A DNA stretch of 64,000 nucleotides from a virus: the IMG/VR virus record IMGVR_UViG_3300021963_004264, positions 1 to 64,000 of that record, one strand, 5' to 3'. Both the position numbers and the translations under genes were made by a program. Of this stretch, positions 19,042 to 27,188 are shown piece after piece. Each line of letters opens with the position of its first letter. The first letter of the stretch is position 1. The notes beneath the pieces are model-generated. The model saw only the letters and a list, made by a program, of their open reading frames with translations. It was not told where the DNA came from and did not search any database.

Positions 19042-19300
19042 ATCGAGTTCGCGCGAAGGATGCGGGTATAACGCAATATTTAGATATCAATGGCATACTA
19101 ATACTAATGCGCTTCCTATGCATGTTATTGGTATGATTGATCGAATAACGGAAAATCGTAGATGGGGTTGGACTTTTAAACCACATAAGAATATGGACTA
19201 CCATAGGACAGATTGGTATAAAGATCAAACACTAATAATAACGTTTGAAGATCAAACTGATCTAATACAAACTAAGTTAGAGCTTGCACACTTGCTTTAA
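19031..19300 (+). CDS. hypothetical protein
   Basis: 89 aa ORF in operon context. Confidence 0.6.
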   Translation: MQTESSSREGCGYNAIFRYQWHTNTNALPMHVIGMIDRITENRRWGWTFKPHKNMDYHRTDWYKDQTLIITFEDQTDLIQTKLELAHLL

Positions 19301-19327
19301 TTAACAGATACTTTAATTGGCTTAAAA

Positions 19328-19357
19328 TGATAAATATGTGTAAGGAGACACACATAT
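19328..19357 (+). promoter_or_regulatory. T4-type late promoter TGATAAATA overlapping an RBS-occluding hairpin
   Basis: ATATGTGT (19334-19341) and ACACATAT (19350-19357) inverted repeat around AAGGAG. Confidence 0.65.
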
Positions 19358-19673
19358 GAGTAGACCAAAGCCAGAAGTGCTGCTAGAAGCATTGAATAAA
19401 ACTACCTATAAAGCTGAGCAGGTTCTTGTTGCCGATGCTATTTACAGCGTGTTTTATTTAGGTAAACCTATTAACTTACGTATTATACATACTTTGGTTA
19501 ATTACCCAGGACCTAAATATAAAAAAGTAAGTTTTAGCAATCCAGGACATGCATTTAATTTAGCTGAAAGATTAAACAAAATTTTTCAAACTAAAGAGTT
19601 TGTTGTGGTGCGTATGACCCATGGTGAAGCTGTCAATGAACAGGATATTTTAGCACTAACGCACAAAGAATAA
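19356..19673 (+). CDS. conserved jumbo-phage hypothetical protein
   Basis: MSRPKP..., GPKYKKVSFSNPGHA; AAGGAG RBS. Confidence 0.8.
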   Translation: MSRPKPEVLLEALNKTTYKAEQVLVADAIYSVFYLGKPINLRIIHTLVNYPGPKYKKVSFSNPGHAFNLAERLNKIFQTKEFVVVRMTHGEAVNEQDILALTHKE

Positions 19674-19696
19674 TAAATATCTATGAGGCTAGATTT

Positions 19697-20092
19697 ATGG
19701 CAACACAAGTTAGTTTTCATGAACAACTGTTAGCTAAAATTGAAAAAGATGTATTAGACTCTTTACAAACAAACAATCTATTTCCTACAAATTACTCAAA
19801 GGACGAAATCTTCAGAACTGTTTTTGCAAATTATCGCGTAGTTTCTGGAAGCCCTGAAGGTCTTCGTCTAACGAATTTTGGCAACAAAGTTCTATCCAAA
19901 CATTTCGACTTTTATAAGTATCCCATTCAAGATGAAATTAATAATTTTGTCTTCGTAACTCTTGACAAATCCATGCGTTGGCCTTATTATTTAGGTACTA
20001 GGAGTAATTATATCGTATTCTACAGCGAAGAGGATGCGGCCTGGTTTAGATTAAACGGAAACAGTATAAAAAGGTATGTAGAAAGCATTTAA
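19697..20092 (+). CDS. hypothetical protein
   Basis: 131 aa, GLRLT..G, WPYY; TAAATA upstream. Confidence 0.7.
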   Translation: MATQVSFHEQLLAKIEKDVLDSLQTNNLFPTNYSKDEIFRTVFANYRVVSGSPEGLRLTNFGNKVLSKHFDFYKYPIQDEINNFVFVTLDKSMRWPYYLGTRSNYIVFYSEEDAAWFRLNGNSIKRYVESI

Positions 20093-20098
20093 GTTATT

Positions 20099-20605
20099 AT
20101 GGACACATTGGTTTTAAACAAAGACGCACAGCCAATCAGCATTCTTCCGCTGAGCGCAGTCGGCTGGCAAGAAGCTATCAAGTATATGTGGCTCGACAGA
20201 GTTCATGTACTCGAATGGTATGACGACTGGATTGTTCGCAGTCCAAGTTGGGAAACTCGTGTGCCTGCCGTAATGATGGTTAAGGATTATGTAAAGAATA
20301 AAAAGTACCCACGTTTCAGCAAGTACAATGTTACTCTACGTGACCGCTTCACATGCCAATATTGCGAAACTCATGTTGGTACAAACACAGTAACAATGGA
20401 TCACGTGTTACCAATTAGCCGAGGCGGTAAGACATGTTGGGAAAACATTGTCGCGGCATGCGGTCCTTGCAACAGTAAAAAAGGTAGTGATATGCATATG
20501 AAACCTATATGTGAGCCGTACAAGCCTAGTTATTACGAATTAGCTAATATTCGTAAGACTCTACCTTTTGATATGCGTCACCCTAGCTGGAAAGACTATC
20601 TATGA
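20099..20605 (+). CDS. HNH endonuclease (McrA-like)
   Basis: RDRFTCQYC, TMDHVLPISRGG, WENIVAACGPCNSKKG. Confidence 0.93.
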   Translation: MDTLVLNKDAQPISILPLSAVGWQEAIKYMWLDRVHVLEWYDDWIVRSPSWETRVPAVMMVKDYVKNKKYPRFSKYNVTLRDRFTCQYCETHVGTNTVTMDHVLPISRGGKTCWENIVAACGPCNSKKGSDMHMKPICEPYKPSYYELANIRKTLPFDMRHPSWKDYL

Positions 20606-20994
20606 ACGACAATGACAACATTGTAAAGTTTCCTACCAAAGAACGTAAGAGTAGTGTTACAAAGGAAAGGACTCAAAAGATTAATGACTTTTCGAGTTCT
20701 TTCACTCCCTCTTATAATCTAAATAGTATGTCAGTTACTATGTCAGGTTTTGATAAATGGATACCGCCTTTGTTCAATGAGGATACAATTAGTTTTGCTA
20801 ATTTAAACAACTCAAATTGGTGTCCTTCTTTTGGACCAACTGACACCAACCTTCTAACATCTATTGTTGATCGTTGCGCGGCAATTCAAAAGCAATGTAT
20901 TACAGCAGGTTCCAATCAGGAAACAATTGCACTACAGCACGTTTTGGATAAACTTGACGAAGCATTATTGCTCTCCAAAATTTCTTCAAAATAA
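20602..20994 (+). CDS. hypothetical protein
   Basis: 130 aa ORF with ATGA overlap. Confidence 0.6.
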   Translation: MNDNDNIVKFPTKERKSSVTKERTQKINDFSSSFTPSYNLNSMSVTMSGFDKWIPPLFNEDTISFANLNNSNWCPSFGPTDTNLLTSIVDRCAAIQKQCITAGSNQETIALQHVLDKLDEALLLSKISSK

Positions 20995-21006
20995 TTTAAA
21001 AAAGAC

Positions 21007-21034
21007 TTGACTTTGTCTTGCATTAGTGTATAAT
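21007..21034 (+). promoter_or_regulatory. sigma70-like promoter TTGACT-N16-TATAAT
   Basis: Near-consensus hexamers. Confidence 0.65.
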
Positions 21035-21091
21035 GTATATATGTTGCAGACTAACAGACTGCACATAACTTTAAAAAGAGGTGACAATAAC

Positions 21092-21361
21092 ATGTCTAAT
21101 ACAAATACTGTAACTAAAGAGAACCGTGTTCTCGAAGCACTTCGTGCTAACTCACGTGGTCTTACCGCCGCTCAGATTGAAAGCCAGTTTGGTGTAGGTA
21201 ACGCTCGTTCAACTGTATCAGCACTTCGCATGAAGGGTTTCGCAATCTATGCAAACCAGCATACTGATACAAAGGGTCGTACTAAGACTTTCTATCGTCT
21301 AGGTACACCAAGCCGCGCAGTTGTTGCTGCCGGTTATCGTGCGCTCGCACAGGGTCTCTAA
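21092..21361 (+). CDS. winged helix-turn-helix DNA-binding protein
   Basis: VLEALR..GLTAAQI...GVGNARSTVSALR.KG; GAGGTG RBS. Confidence 0.75.
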   Translation: MSNTNTVTKENRVLEALRANSRGLTAAQIESQFGVGNARSTVSALRMKGFAIYANQHTDTKGRTKTFYRLGTPSRAVVAAGYRALAQGL

Positions 21362-21400
21362 GACCTACTAAACCTTAGTTCTCCTAATAACAAAAGGTTT

Positions 21401-21430
21401 GAAAAGGCACGGCAACGTGCCTTTTCTTTT
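21401..21430 (+). terminator. Rho-independent terminator
   Basis: GAAAAGGCACG-GCAA-CGTGCCTTTTC followed by TTTT. Confidence 0.9.
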
Positions 21431-21462
21431 GACTTTAATATCTGTAACTATTAAATAGTTGT

Positions 21463-22302
21463 ATGAAAAGACTTTTTGCATTTGGTTGTAGTTTAACATA
21501 TTATTCGTGGCCTACTTGGGCTGATTTAATCGGTGCCAACTTCGATGATTATTATAATTTTGGTGTAATGGGAATGGGTAATCAGTTTATCCAGCATACT
21601 ATTTACGAAGCTAACAGTATTTTTGATTTTACCGAAGATGATACTGTGCTTGTTATGTTTACTAATCCTTTTAGAAATGATTCGTTCATTGCAGATACTC
21701 AGGATAATCAGTTACGTTGGCAATCGCGAGGCTTTATATATCAACCTTCTAATGAAGGCATTTATACGGAACAATGGCAACAACAATTTTGGTCTCCGGA
21801 GCAAAGCTATATGAATATGTGGCTCGCAATGAAATCTGTTAAACAATTACTTGACGCTAAAAAAGTTGCTTATAAGTTTTTGCCAGGTATTAGTTTTCAA
21901 AACACAGAAGAAACTGGCCCGTTAGATGTTACAAATCACAGTTTTATTACTCCATACTTTGAACAAATTAAAGCTATGTTTAATGTTGATATACCTTTGT
22001 TAGAGTGGTCAAGGAAAAACTTCAATGATAATGACTTCTATACATTTAATGATGTAGGCACAGACCAGCATCCTACCATTAAAATGCATGGATTGTATGC
22101 TTTAAAATATCTACATGAATTTTGCAACGAAAACACGCTAAAATACATTGATCTTCTACATAACAGTATTGATCTTTCCAGTCAAGAAGCAAATTGGCAA
22201 AATGACGAGTTTTCACGTATTAGAGGCAAAAAAGCAGGTTCCGTGTGTAACTGGCAATATATGGTAACAAACAAAGTGGGTAGCGAGTCATTTAAAACCT
22301 GA
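21463..22302 (+). CDS. SGNH/GDSL-like protein (GCS variant)
   Basis: FGCSLTY block I, GMGN, C-terminal DQHP. Confidence 0.65.
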   Translation: MKRLFAFGCSLTYYSWPTWADLIGANFDDYYNFGVMGMGNQFIQHTIYEANSIFDFTEDDTVLVMFTNPFRNDSFIADTQDNQLRWQSRGFIYQPSNEGIYTEQWQQQFWSPEQSYMNMWLAMKSVKQLLDAKKVAYKFLPGISFQNTEETGPLDVTNHSFITPYFEQIKAMFNVDIPLLEWSRKNFNDNDFYTFNDVGTDQHPTIKMHGLYALKYLHEFCNENTLKYIDLLHNSIDLSSQEANWQNDEFSRIRGKKAGSVCNWQYMVTNKVGSESFKT

Positions 22303-22346
22303 TAAATATTAGTACAGACCCAAAAGCACACTTACAGGAGAGCGTG

Positions 22347-22808
22347 ATGTTTGAAGTAACAATCGTTGGTAAGGTGGAACACAAACGCTACTTGAAACGG
22401 TACGCTAAGGACATTCTGTATCATTTTTTTAAGGACAGAATAAAGCGTACAGTACCTATTACAATTAAAGTAGTCGATTATTTAGACGGAGATTGGGGAT
22501 GGTGTTATGGGACCAGATCCGAAGTCACAATAGAATTAGCTAGGGCTGTTAAAGGCAAGAAAAACAGAAAGCGACGAACACGTCGAGACCAGCTAATAGA
22601 AACATTAGCACACGAACTCATACATGCTAAACAATTTATTAGGGGCGAAATAAATCAACGTAACCTTATTTGGCGAGGTCAACGTGGTCCATATGATTGT
22701 AGACGTTTAGCATATCGTAAAACACCTTGGGAAAAGGAAGCCTTTGGCCAGGAAAAAGAATTAAAACAAATCTACTGGGATAAACATTATAAACACTTTA
22801 TAAAGTAG
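22347..22808 (+). CDS. zincin-like metallopeptidase
   Basis: TLAHELIHAKQ (HEXXH), PWEKEAF; late promoter TGATAAATA at 22300-22308. Confidence 0.8.
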   Translation: MFEVTIVGKVEHKRYLKRYAKDILYHFFKDRIKRTVPITIKVVDYLDGDWGWCYGTRSEVTIELARAVKGKKNRKRRTRRDQLIETLAHELIHAKQFIRGEINQRNLIWRGQRGPYDCRRLAYRKTPWEKEAFGQEKELKQIYWDKHYKHFIK

Positions 22809-22815
22809 GTATTTA

Positions 22816-23514
22816 ATGAACGCTCAAGGTTGGTTCCCCACATTGATATGTGATTTTGAAAGCCAGACACACGATCAATTCAAAACTGCATTTTACAATA
22901 ATATGTCAAAATATGTTCATCCCGAAGGACTAGATGGAGAACATGCTGATCTTTTTTTCCACCATAATCCTGAACTTGAATTTTTCTTTAAGGAAATAAC
23001 CGATTTTGCAAAACAATATTTGGTTGCTATGGAACTTGATCCAGAAGAATGGGATTTTAATTTAGTTAAGTGTTGGTGGCAAAGTGTTAAAAATAATAAT
23101 ATTCCTATGCACAATCACAGTGATGCACATTTATCATTTGTGTATTATGCAAATGTACCACCCGAATCAGGTAATCTAATTTTTCAAACACCTACCGATT
23201 ACATAAACGATTTAACAAAAGGTTTATTTCTAGATGATTATGAAAAAAAATTACCAATAAAAAAATACAATCTTTTTAATTCAATGTCTGTTGCGTATGA
23301 AGCAAAAGAAGGTAAGGTAATTATATTTCCTGCAAGATTAGATCATATGACTACACCTATGATGGTTAATACTGCCGACAAACAAACAACAGATGTTGAC
23401 GTTATCAAAAAACGTCGAATTAGTATAGCAGGCGATTTTTTACTAACATTTAAAAAACCAAAACATACTGCTATGGGTCTACAACCAGTAAATTGCTGGC
23501 GAAATTTTGGCTAA
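22816..23514 (+). CDS. putative 2OG-Fe(II) oxygenase (TIGR02466-like)
   Basis: FPT, HNH..HLSFVYY, EG.VIIFPARLDH, RISIA. Confidence 0.82.
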   Translation: MNAQGWFPTLICDFESQTHDQFKTAFYNNMSKYVHPEGLDGEHADLFFHHNPELEFFFKEITDFAKQYLVAMELDPEEWDFNLVKCWWQSVKNNNIPMHNHSDAHLSFVYYANVPPESGNLIFQTPTDYINDLTKGLFLDDYEKKLPIKKYNLFNSMSVAYEAKEGKVIIFPARLDHMTTPMMVNTADKQTTDVDVIKKRRISIAGDFLLTFKKPKHTAMGLQPVNCWRNFG

Positions 23515-23520
23515 AAACAC

Positions 23521-23541
23521 TGTAAGTTGTTGATTTACAAC
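23521..23541. repeat. 21 bp motif TGTAAGTTGTTGATTTACAAC, copy 1
   Basis: Identical to 25216-25236; both copies lie upstream of TTGACA promoters. Confidence 0.85.
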
Positions 23542-23576
23542 AGCTTTTTTGTAGCAAAAAAACAACAAAAAAGTGG

Positions 23577-23605
23577 TTGACAAACGGGTATGTTTAACGT
23601 ATACT
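23577..23605 (+). promoter_or_regulatory. sigma70-like early promoter TTGACA-N17-TATACT with A-tract UP element
   Basis: AAAAAAGTGGTTGACAA is shared with the promoter at 23956. Confidence 0.75.
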
Positions 23606-23637
23606 CATATATGTAGTTAGGAAAAAGTAACGCATAT

Positions 23638-23946
23638 ATGTCCTCAAAACAAAACATGACTGCAATTATCTACGATAAGCGTGGTAAAGTTGTTTCTATT
23701 GGACAAAACAGTTATGTAAAAACTCATCCTCTACAAGCGAAGTATGCTGCCTTAGCCGGTATGCCCGACAGGCAATTTCTTCATGCAGAGATCCATGCTA
23801 TTGTAAAATGTAAGGATCTTACTAAGGCCCACAAGATTTTTGTGTCACGCTGGGATCGTAAGGGTCAACCTGCTCTTGCTAAACCTTGTCCGGTTTGCAT
23901 AAGCGCCATTGAAGCCGCAGGCATCGAAATTATTGAACATACCTAA
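23638..23946 (+). CDS. minimal cytidine/deoxycytidylate deaminase-fold protein
   Basis: LHAE ... AKPCPVC zinc motif. Confidence 0.85.
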   Translation: MSSKQNMTAIIYDKRGKVVSIGQNSYVKTHPLQAKYAALAGMPDRQFLHAEIHAIVKCKDLTKAHKIFVSRWDRKGQPALAKPCPVCISAIEAAGIEIIEHT

Positions 23947-23955
23947 AAAAAGTGG

Positions 23956-23983
23956 TTGACAATAGTGCTAAAGATGCTATTAT
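23956..23983 (+). promoter_or_regulatory. sigma70-like early promoter TTGACA-N16-TATTAT (extended TG)
   Basis: Upstream of the AAA ATPase. Confidence 0.7.
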
Positions 23984-24019
23984 TAATATGTAGGTAATAG
24001 AAATAAGGAGTAACTTACA

Positions 24020-25126
24020 ATGGATACACTAACTGTAAAGCCCAGTCAAGTTAAGAGTGTTGCGCTTCGTGCAATGCTTGCAAATCGTCCTCTGTTTATT
24101 TGGGGTCCTCCCGGTATTGGTAAGAGTGAACTTGTTCAAGGTATCGCCGCTAGCGGCTCGCTAGGTAATGCCCTAGTAATTGACCTTCGTCTTGCTCTGC
24201 TTGAGCCCACAGACTTGCGTGGCTACCCCTTCCGTAATCCAGAGACTAATACAATGGATTGGTCTCCGCCGCAGGATCTTCCCAGCGAAGAACTTGCCGC
24301 ACAATACGATACAATTATCCTGTTCCTAGACGAGCTTAACAGTGCTCCGCCTAGTGTGCAGGCCGCGGCATATCAGCTTGTACTTAACCGCCGCATCGGC
24401 CAGTATGTTCTTCCTAAGAACGTTAAGATTATTGCCGCAGGTAACCGTGAAACTGACCGCGGTGTTACGTTCCGTATGCCTGCTCCGTTGGCTAACCGCT
24501 TCCGTCACATTAACATGGCAGTAGACTTTGGTGACTGGCAACGTTGGGCTATTAATAACGATATCCACCCGGACGTTATTGGTTACCTTTCCTATGCCAA
24601 GCAGGACTTGTTTGACTTCGATCCTAAGACCAGTAGCCAAGCATTTGCTACTCCTCGTTCGTGGTCATACGTTAGCGAGATCCTTTCTACGCTAGGTTTT
24701 GAAGGTGCAGAAATTTTTGAACAGAAGGCAGAAATTGCCGGTGCTGTTGGTGAAGGTATGGCGGGTAAGTTTGTTGAACACCGCCGTATTGCTAGCCACT
24801 TGCCTAAGCCAGAAGACATCCTTGCCGGTAAGGTTAAGAAGTTGGACAATAAGTTGAGCCAAGAAATTTCCGCTAAGTACAGTCTTGTTGTTGGTATGAC
24901 ATATGAGATCAACCAGCTCTATAAGGAAAATGGTACTGGTGGAGACTTTAAGAAGTGCTTCAACAATGCCGTAGCATTTTCCTACGATAACTTTGAACCT
25001 GAAATGGTAGTGTTGTTTTTCAAAACTATTATGACAGACTATGGAATTAAGTTCAATATCCGCACAGATTTGGATAAAGAACTTTACAAAATCTTCTCTG
25101 AGCGTTATACCAAGTATATCGCTTGA
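24020..25126 (+). CDS. MoxR/dynein-related AAA+ ATPase
   Basis: GPPGIGKS, LFLDELN, AAGNR, LANRF, ATPRSW. Confidence 0.92.
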   Translation: MDTLTVKPSQVKSVALRAMLANRPLFIWGPPGIGKSELVQGIAASGSLGNALVIDLRLALLEPTDLRGYPFRNPETNTMDWSPPQDLPSEELAAQYDTIILFLDELNSAPPSVQAAAYQLVLNRRIGQYVLPKNVKIIAAGNRETDRGVTFRMPAPLANRFRHINMAVDFGDWQRWAINNDIHPDVIGYLSYAKQDLFDFDPKTSSQAFATPRSWSYVSEILSTLGFEGAEIFEQKAEIAGAVGEGMAGKFVEHRRIASHLPKPEDILAGKVKKLDNKLSQEISAKYSLVVGMTYEINQLYKENGTGGDFKKCFNNAVAFSYDNFEPEMVVLFFKTIMTDYGIKFNIRTDLDKELYKIFSERYTKYIA

Positions 25127-25132
25127 GGAAGA

Positions 25133-25181
25133 TAGGGTTGAGCCATCCTACCTTGTTACTCCCTACCTACAGCTCAATCCT
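25133..25181 (+). other. 3'UTR stem-loop with pyrimidine-rich anti-RBS loop
   Basis: AGGGTTGAGC...GCTCAATCCT stem; loop contains GTTACTCC-C-TACCTACA. Confidence 0.45.
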
Positions 25182-25185
25182 TAAC

Positions 25186-25209
25186 GAACCCCCCGGAAAC
25201 GGGGGGTTC
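25186..25209 (+). terminator. GC-rich hairpin, terminator-like
   Basis: GAACCCCCCG-GAAA-CGGGGGGTTC; weak U tail. Confidence 0.75.
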
Positions 25210-25215
25210 ACCTTA

Positions 25216-25236
25216 TGTAAGTTGTTGATTTACAAC
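25216..25236. repeat. 21 bp motif TGTAAGTTGTTGATTTACAAC, copy 2
   Basis: Identical to 23521-23541. Confidence 0.85.
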
Positions 25237-25259
25237 GGAAAAATAGGTAGTTTTTCCAG

Positions 25260-25287
25260 TTGACAAACCCTCTATTTCGTGTATAAT
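25260..25287 (+). promoter_or_regulatory. sigma70-like early promoter TTGACA-N16-TATAAT
   Basis: Consensus hexamers. Confidence 0.75.
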
Positions 25288-25317
25288 ATAAGTATAGTAA
25301 GAAGGATGGAGTAACAG

Positions 25318-26601
25318 ATGAGTACCGATACAGCAAAGCGTCAAAGCAAGACTAACAAGCCTATCCCAGAGACCAAAAAAACTTCTGCTCAAGTAGAAGA
25401 TGTGCTCATTAAGGCTCGTATTCAAATGCTAATTAGTGCTCCGTTTTTTGGCAACCTAGCTACTCGTTTGCGTTTTAAGGACGCAACAGAGTGGCTTTCC
25501 ACACTTGCCACAGACGGACGTTATTTTTATTACAACCGCAACTTTGTTGACGCAATGGCGTTTGATGAGGTTGTGTTCGGCATGGGTCACGAAGTTCTCC
25601 ATTGTGTTTACGACCACATGGATAAGAAGCGTTTAGGCAATCGTGATCCACGTCTTTGGAACATTGCTAACGATTACGTTATCAACGCAGACCTAGTTGA
25701 AGCTAAGATTGGTGAGCAGATTAAGCTCGTTGACATTTGCTTTGATTGGAAGTATCGCGGTAAGATGTCAGAAGAGATTTATGACGATCTATTCCAGAAG
25801 GCAGTTAACGAAGGTCGTGTTATTACAGTAGAAGCATTTGATGAGCATATCTACCGTGATGATGACGGCGACGACGAAGGTACGGGCGAAGGCGAGGGTA
25901 ACGATGGATCTAAAGGTCCTGTGCGTTACACTAAGGCAGAGAAGGATCAGATCAAGCAGGACTTCCAGAATGCTGTGATTCAGAGTGCTAAGGCAGCAGG
26001 CGCCGGTAACTTGCCAGGTGGTGTAAAGCGTCTTGTAGACAAGTTGCTTAACCCACAGTTGAGCTGGCGTGAACTGTTGCCAATGCAGATCCAAAGTGTT
26101 ATTAAGAGCGACTATACTTACATGCGTCCAAGCCGCAAGGGTTTAGATGCTGGCTTCTACTTGCCAGGTATGGATCGCGAACAGACTATTGATGTTGCTA
26201 TTGCTATTGACACGTCAGGTTCTATTAGCAACGATATGCTAGTAGACTTCCTTAGCGAAGTACACGGCATTATGAGTCAGTACAATGATTTTAAGATTCA
26301 TATTTGGTGTTTTGATACCGCAGTACATAACCCTGTGCTAATTACTGCTGACACTGCTAATGATCTACTTACGTATGAAATTGGTGGCGGTGGCGGTACC
26401 GACTTTGACGTAAACTTTGAATACATGAAGGAGCAAGGTATTGTTCCTAAGAAGTTTATTATGTTTACAGATGGTTATCCTTGGAACAGTTGGGGTGATG
26501 AGAACTACTGTGACAGCCTGTTTATTGTGCATGGTGGTGACGGTGGCAATACACCAACCGCACCATTCGGTATTACAGTCCCGTATACAAGGGCCGCTTA
26601 A
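25318..26601 (+). CDS. DUF2201-type metallopeptidase plus VWA domain protein (MoxR partner)
   Basis: ATDG, HEVLH, WNIANDY.IN, DTSGS MIDAS, GGGGTDF, FTDG. Confidence 0.9.
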   Translation: MSTDTAKRQSKTNKPIPETKKTSAQVEDVLIKARIQMLISAPFFGNLATRLRFKDATEWLSTLATDGRYFYYNRNFVDAMAFDEVVFGMGHEVLHCVYDHMDKKRLGNRDPRLWNIANDYVINADLVEAKIGEQIKLVDICFDWKYRGKMSEEIYDDLFQKAVNEGRVITVEAFDEHIYRDDDGDDEGTGEGEGNDGSKGPVRYTKAEKDQIKQDFQNAVIQSAKAAGAGNLPGGVKRLVDKLLNPQLSWRELLPMQIQSVIKSDYTYMRPSRKGLDAGFYLPGMDREQTIDVAIAIDTSGSISNDMLVDFLSEVHGIMSQYNDFKIHIWCFDTAVHNPVLITADTANDLLTYEIGGGGGTDFDVNFEYMKEQGIVPKKFIMFTDGYPWNSWGDENYCDSLFIVHGGDGGNTPTAPFGITVPYTRAA

Positions 26602-26606
26602 GGAGT

Positions 26607-26876
26607 ATGAAAGTGTCTAGGAAGTTAGATCAAATTGAGTTTGAGCTATTAGGTAGCACCGATTTCATGGTCCACCTAGTTAGAAATAGTCGCAAAGTAA
26701 TTGGTATCTCAACAGATATCCTTGAACAGCTCTATGACTATTTGGATACACATGCTAAAGGTCTATACTATGTACGGGCTGATGAAAATAAAGTTATAGT
26801 CTATTTTGAAGATGTGATAGACAGAGAAAATGTAGATAATTTTTTGCGCCAGTTTTCTGACGAAGAAATTTATTAA
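26607..26876 (+). CDS. hypothetical protein
   Basis: 89 aa ORF. Confidence 0.6.
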   Translation: MKVSRKLDQIEFELLGSTDFMVHLVRNSRKVIGISTDILEQLYDYLDTHAKGLYYVRADENKVIVYFEDVIDRENVDNFLRQFSDEEIY

Positions 26877-26923
26877 GAATTAAATATACATATAATATAC
26901 CACATAATCAAGGAGTCTATTAT

Positions 26924-27184
26924 ATGGCAAAACAAAAGGTAAAAGAAATGTCAGAACAAGTACAAGAGACTCAGGCTGATTCAGTACCCGAGTCAATCAG
27001 TCTGCAGGATCTTCAAGTCCTACTACAGATTGTTGACCTTGCAAGTAGTCGCGGTGCTTTCCGAGGTGCAGAGTTAACACAAGTAGGTGCAATTTTTGAT
27101 AAGCTCAATGCGTTCCTATCATTTATTGCAGAACAGCAAAAAGCTCGCGACGAAGAAGCAGCCAAACAGGCTGTCGAGGAGTAA
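26924..27184 (+). CDS. hypothetical phage protein
   Basis: IVDLASSRGAFRGAEL..VG motif; AAGGAG RBS; TAAATA at 26881. Confidence 0.75.
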   Translation: MAKQKVKEMSEQVQETQADSVPESISLQDLQVLLQIVDLASSRGAFRGAELTQVGAIFDKLNAFLSFIAEQQKARDEEAAKQAVEE

Positions 27185-27188
27185 CACT

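Noticed and set aside
20099-20605. HNH as a homing endonuclease or mobile element
   Set aside because: It is a stand-alone McrA-like type with no NUMOD/AP2 domain, intron or flanking repeats.
24342-24524. Alternative-frame same-strand ORFs in the AAA ATPase, polymerase (832) and dpdA (4973)
   Set aside because: They are short and lack the combination of an SD-like sequence and a local codon shift seen in the folE case.
23521-25236. 21 bp repeats as CRISPR repeats or att sites of an integrated element
   Set aside because: There are only two copies 1.7 kb apart, with no spacers, cas genes or integrase in the window.
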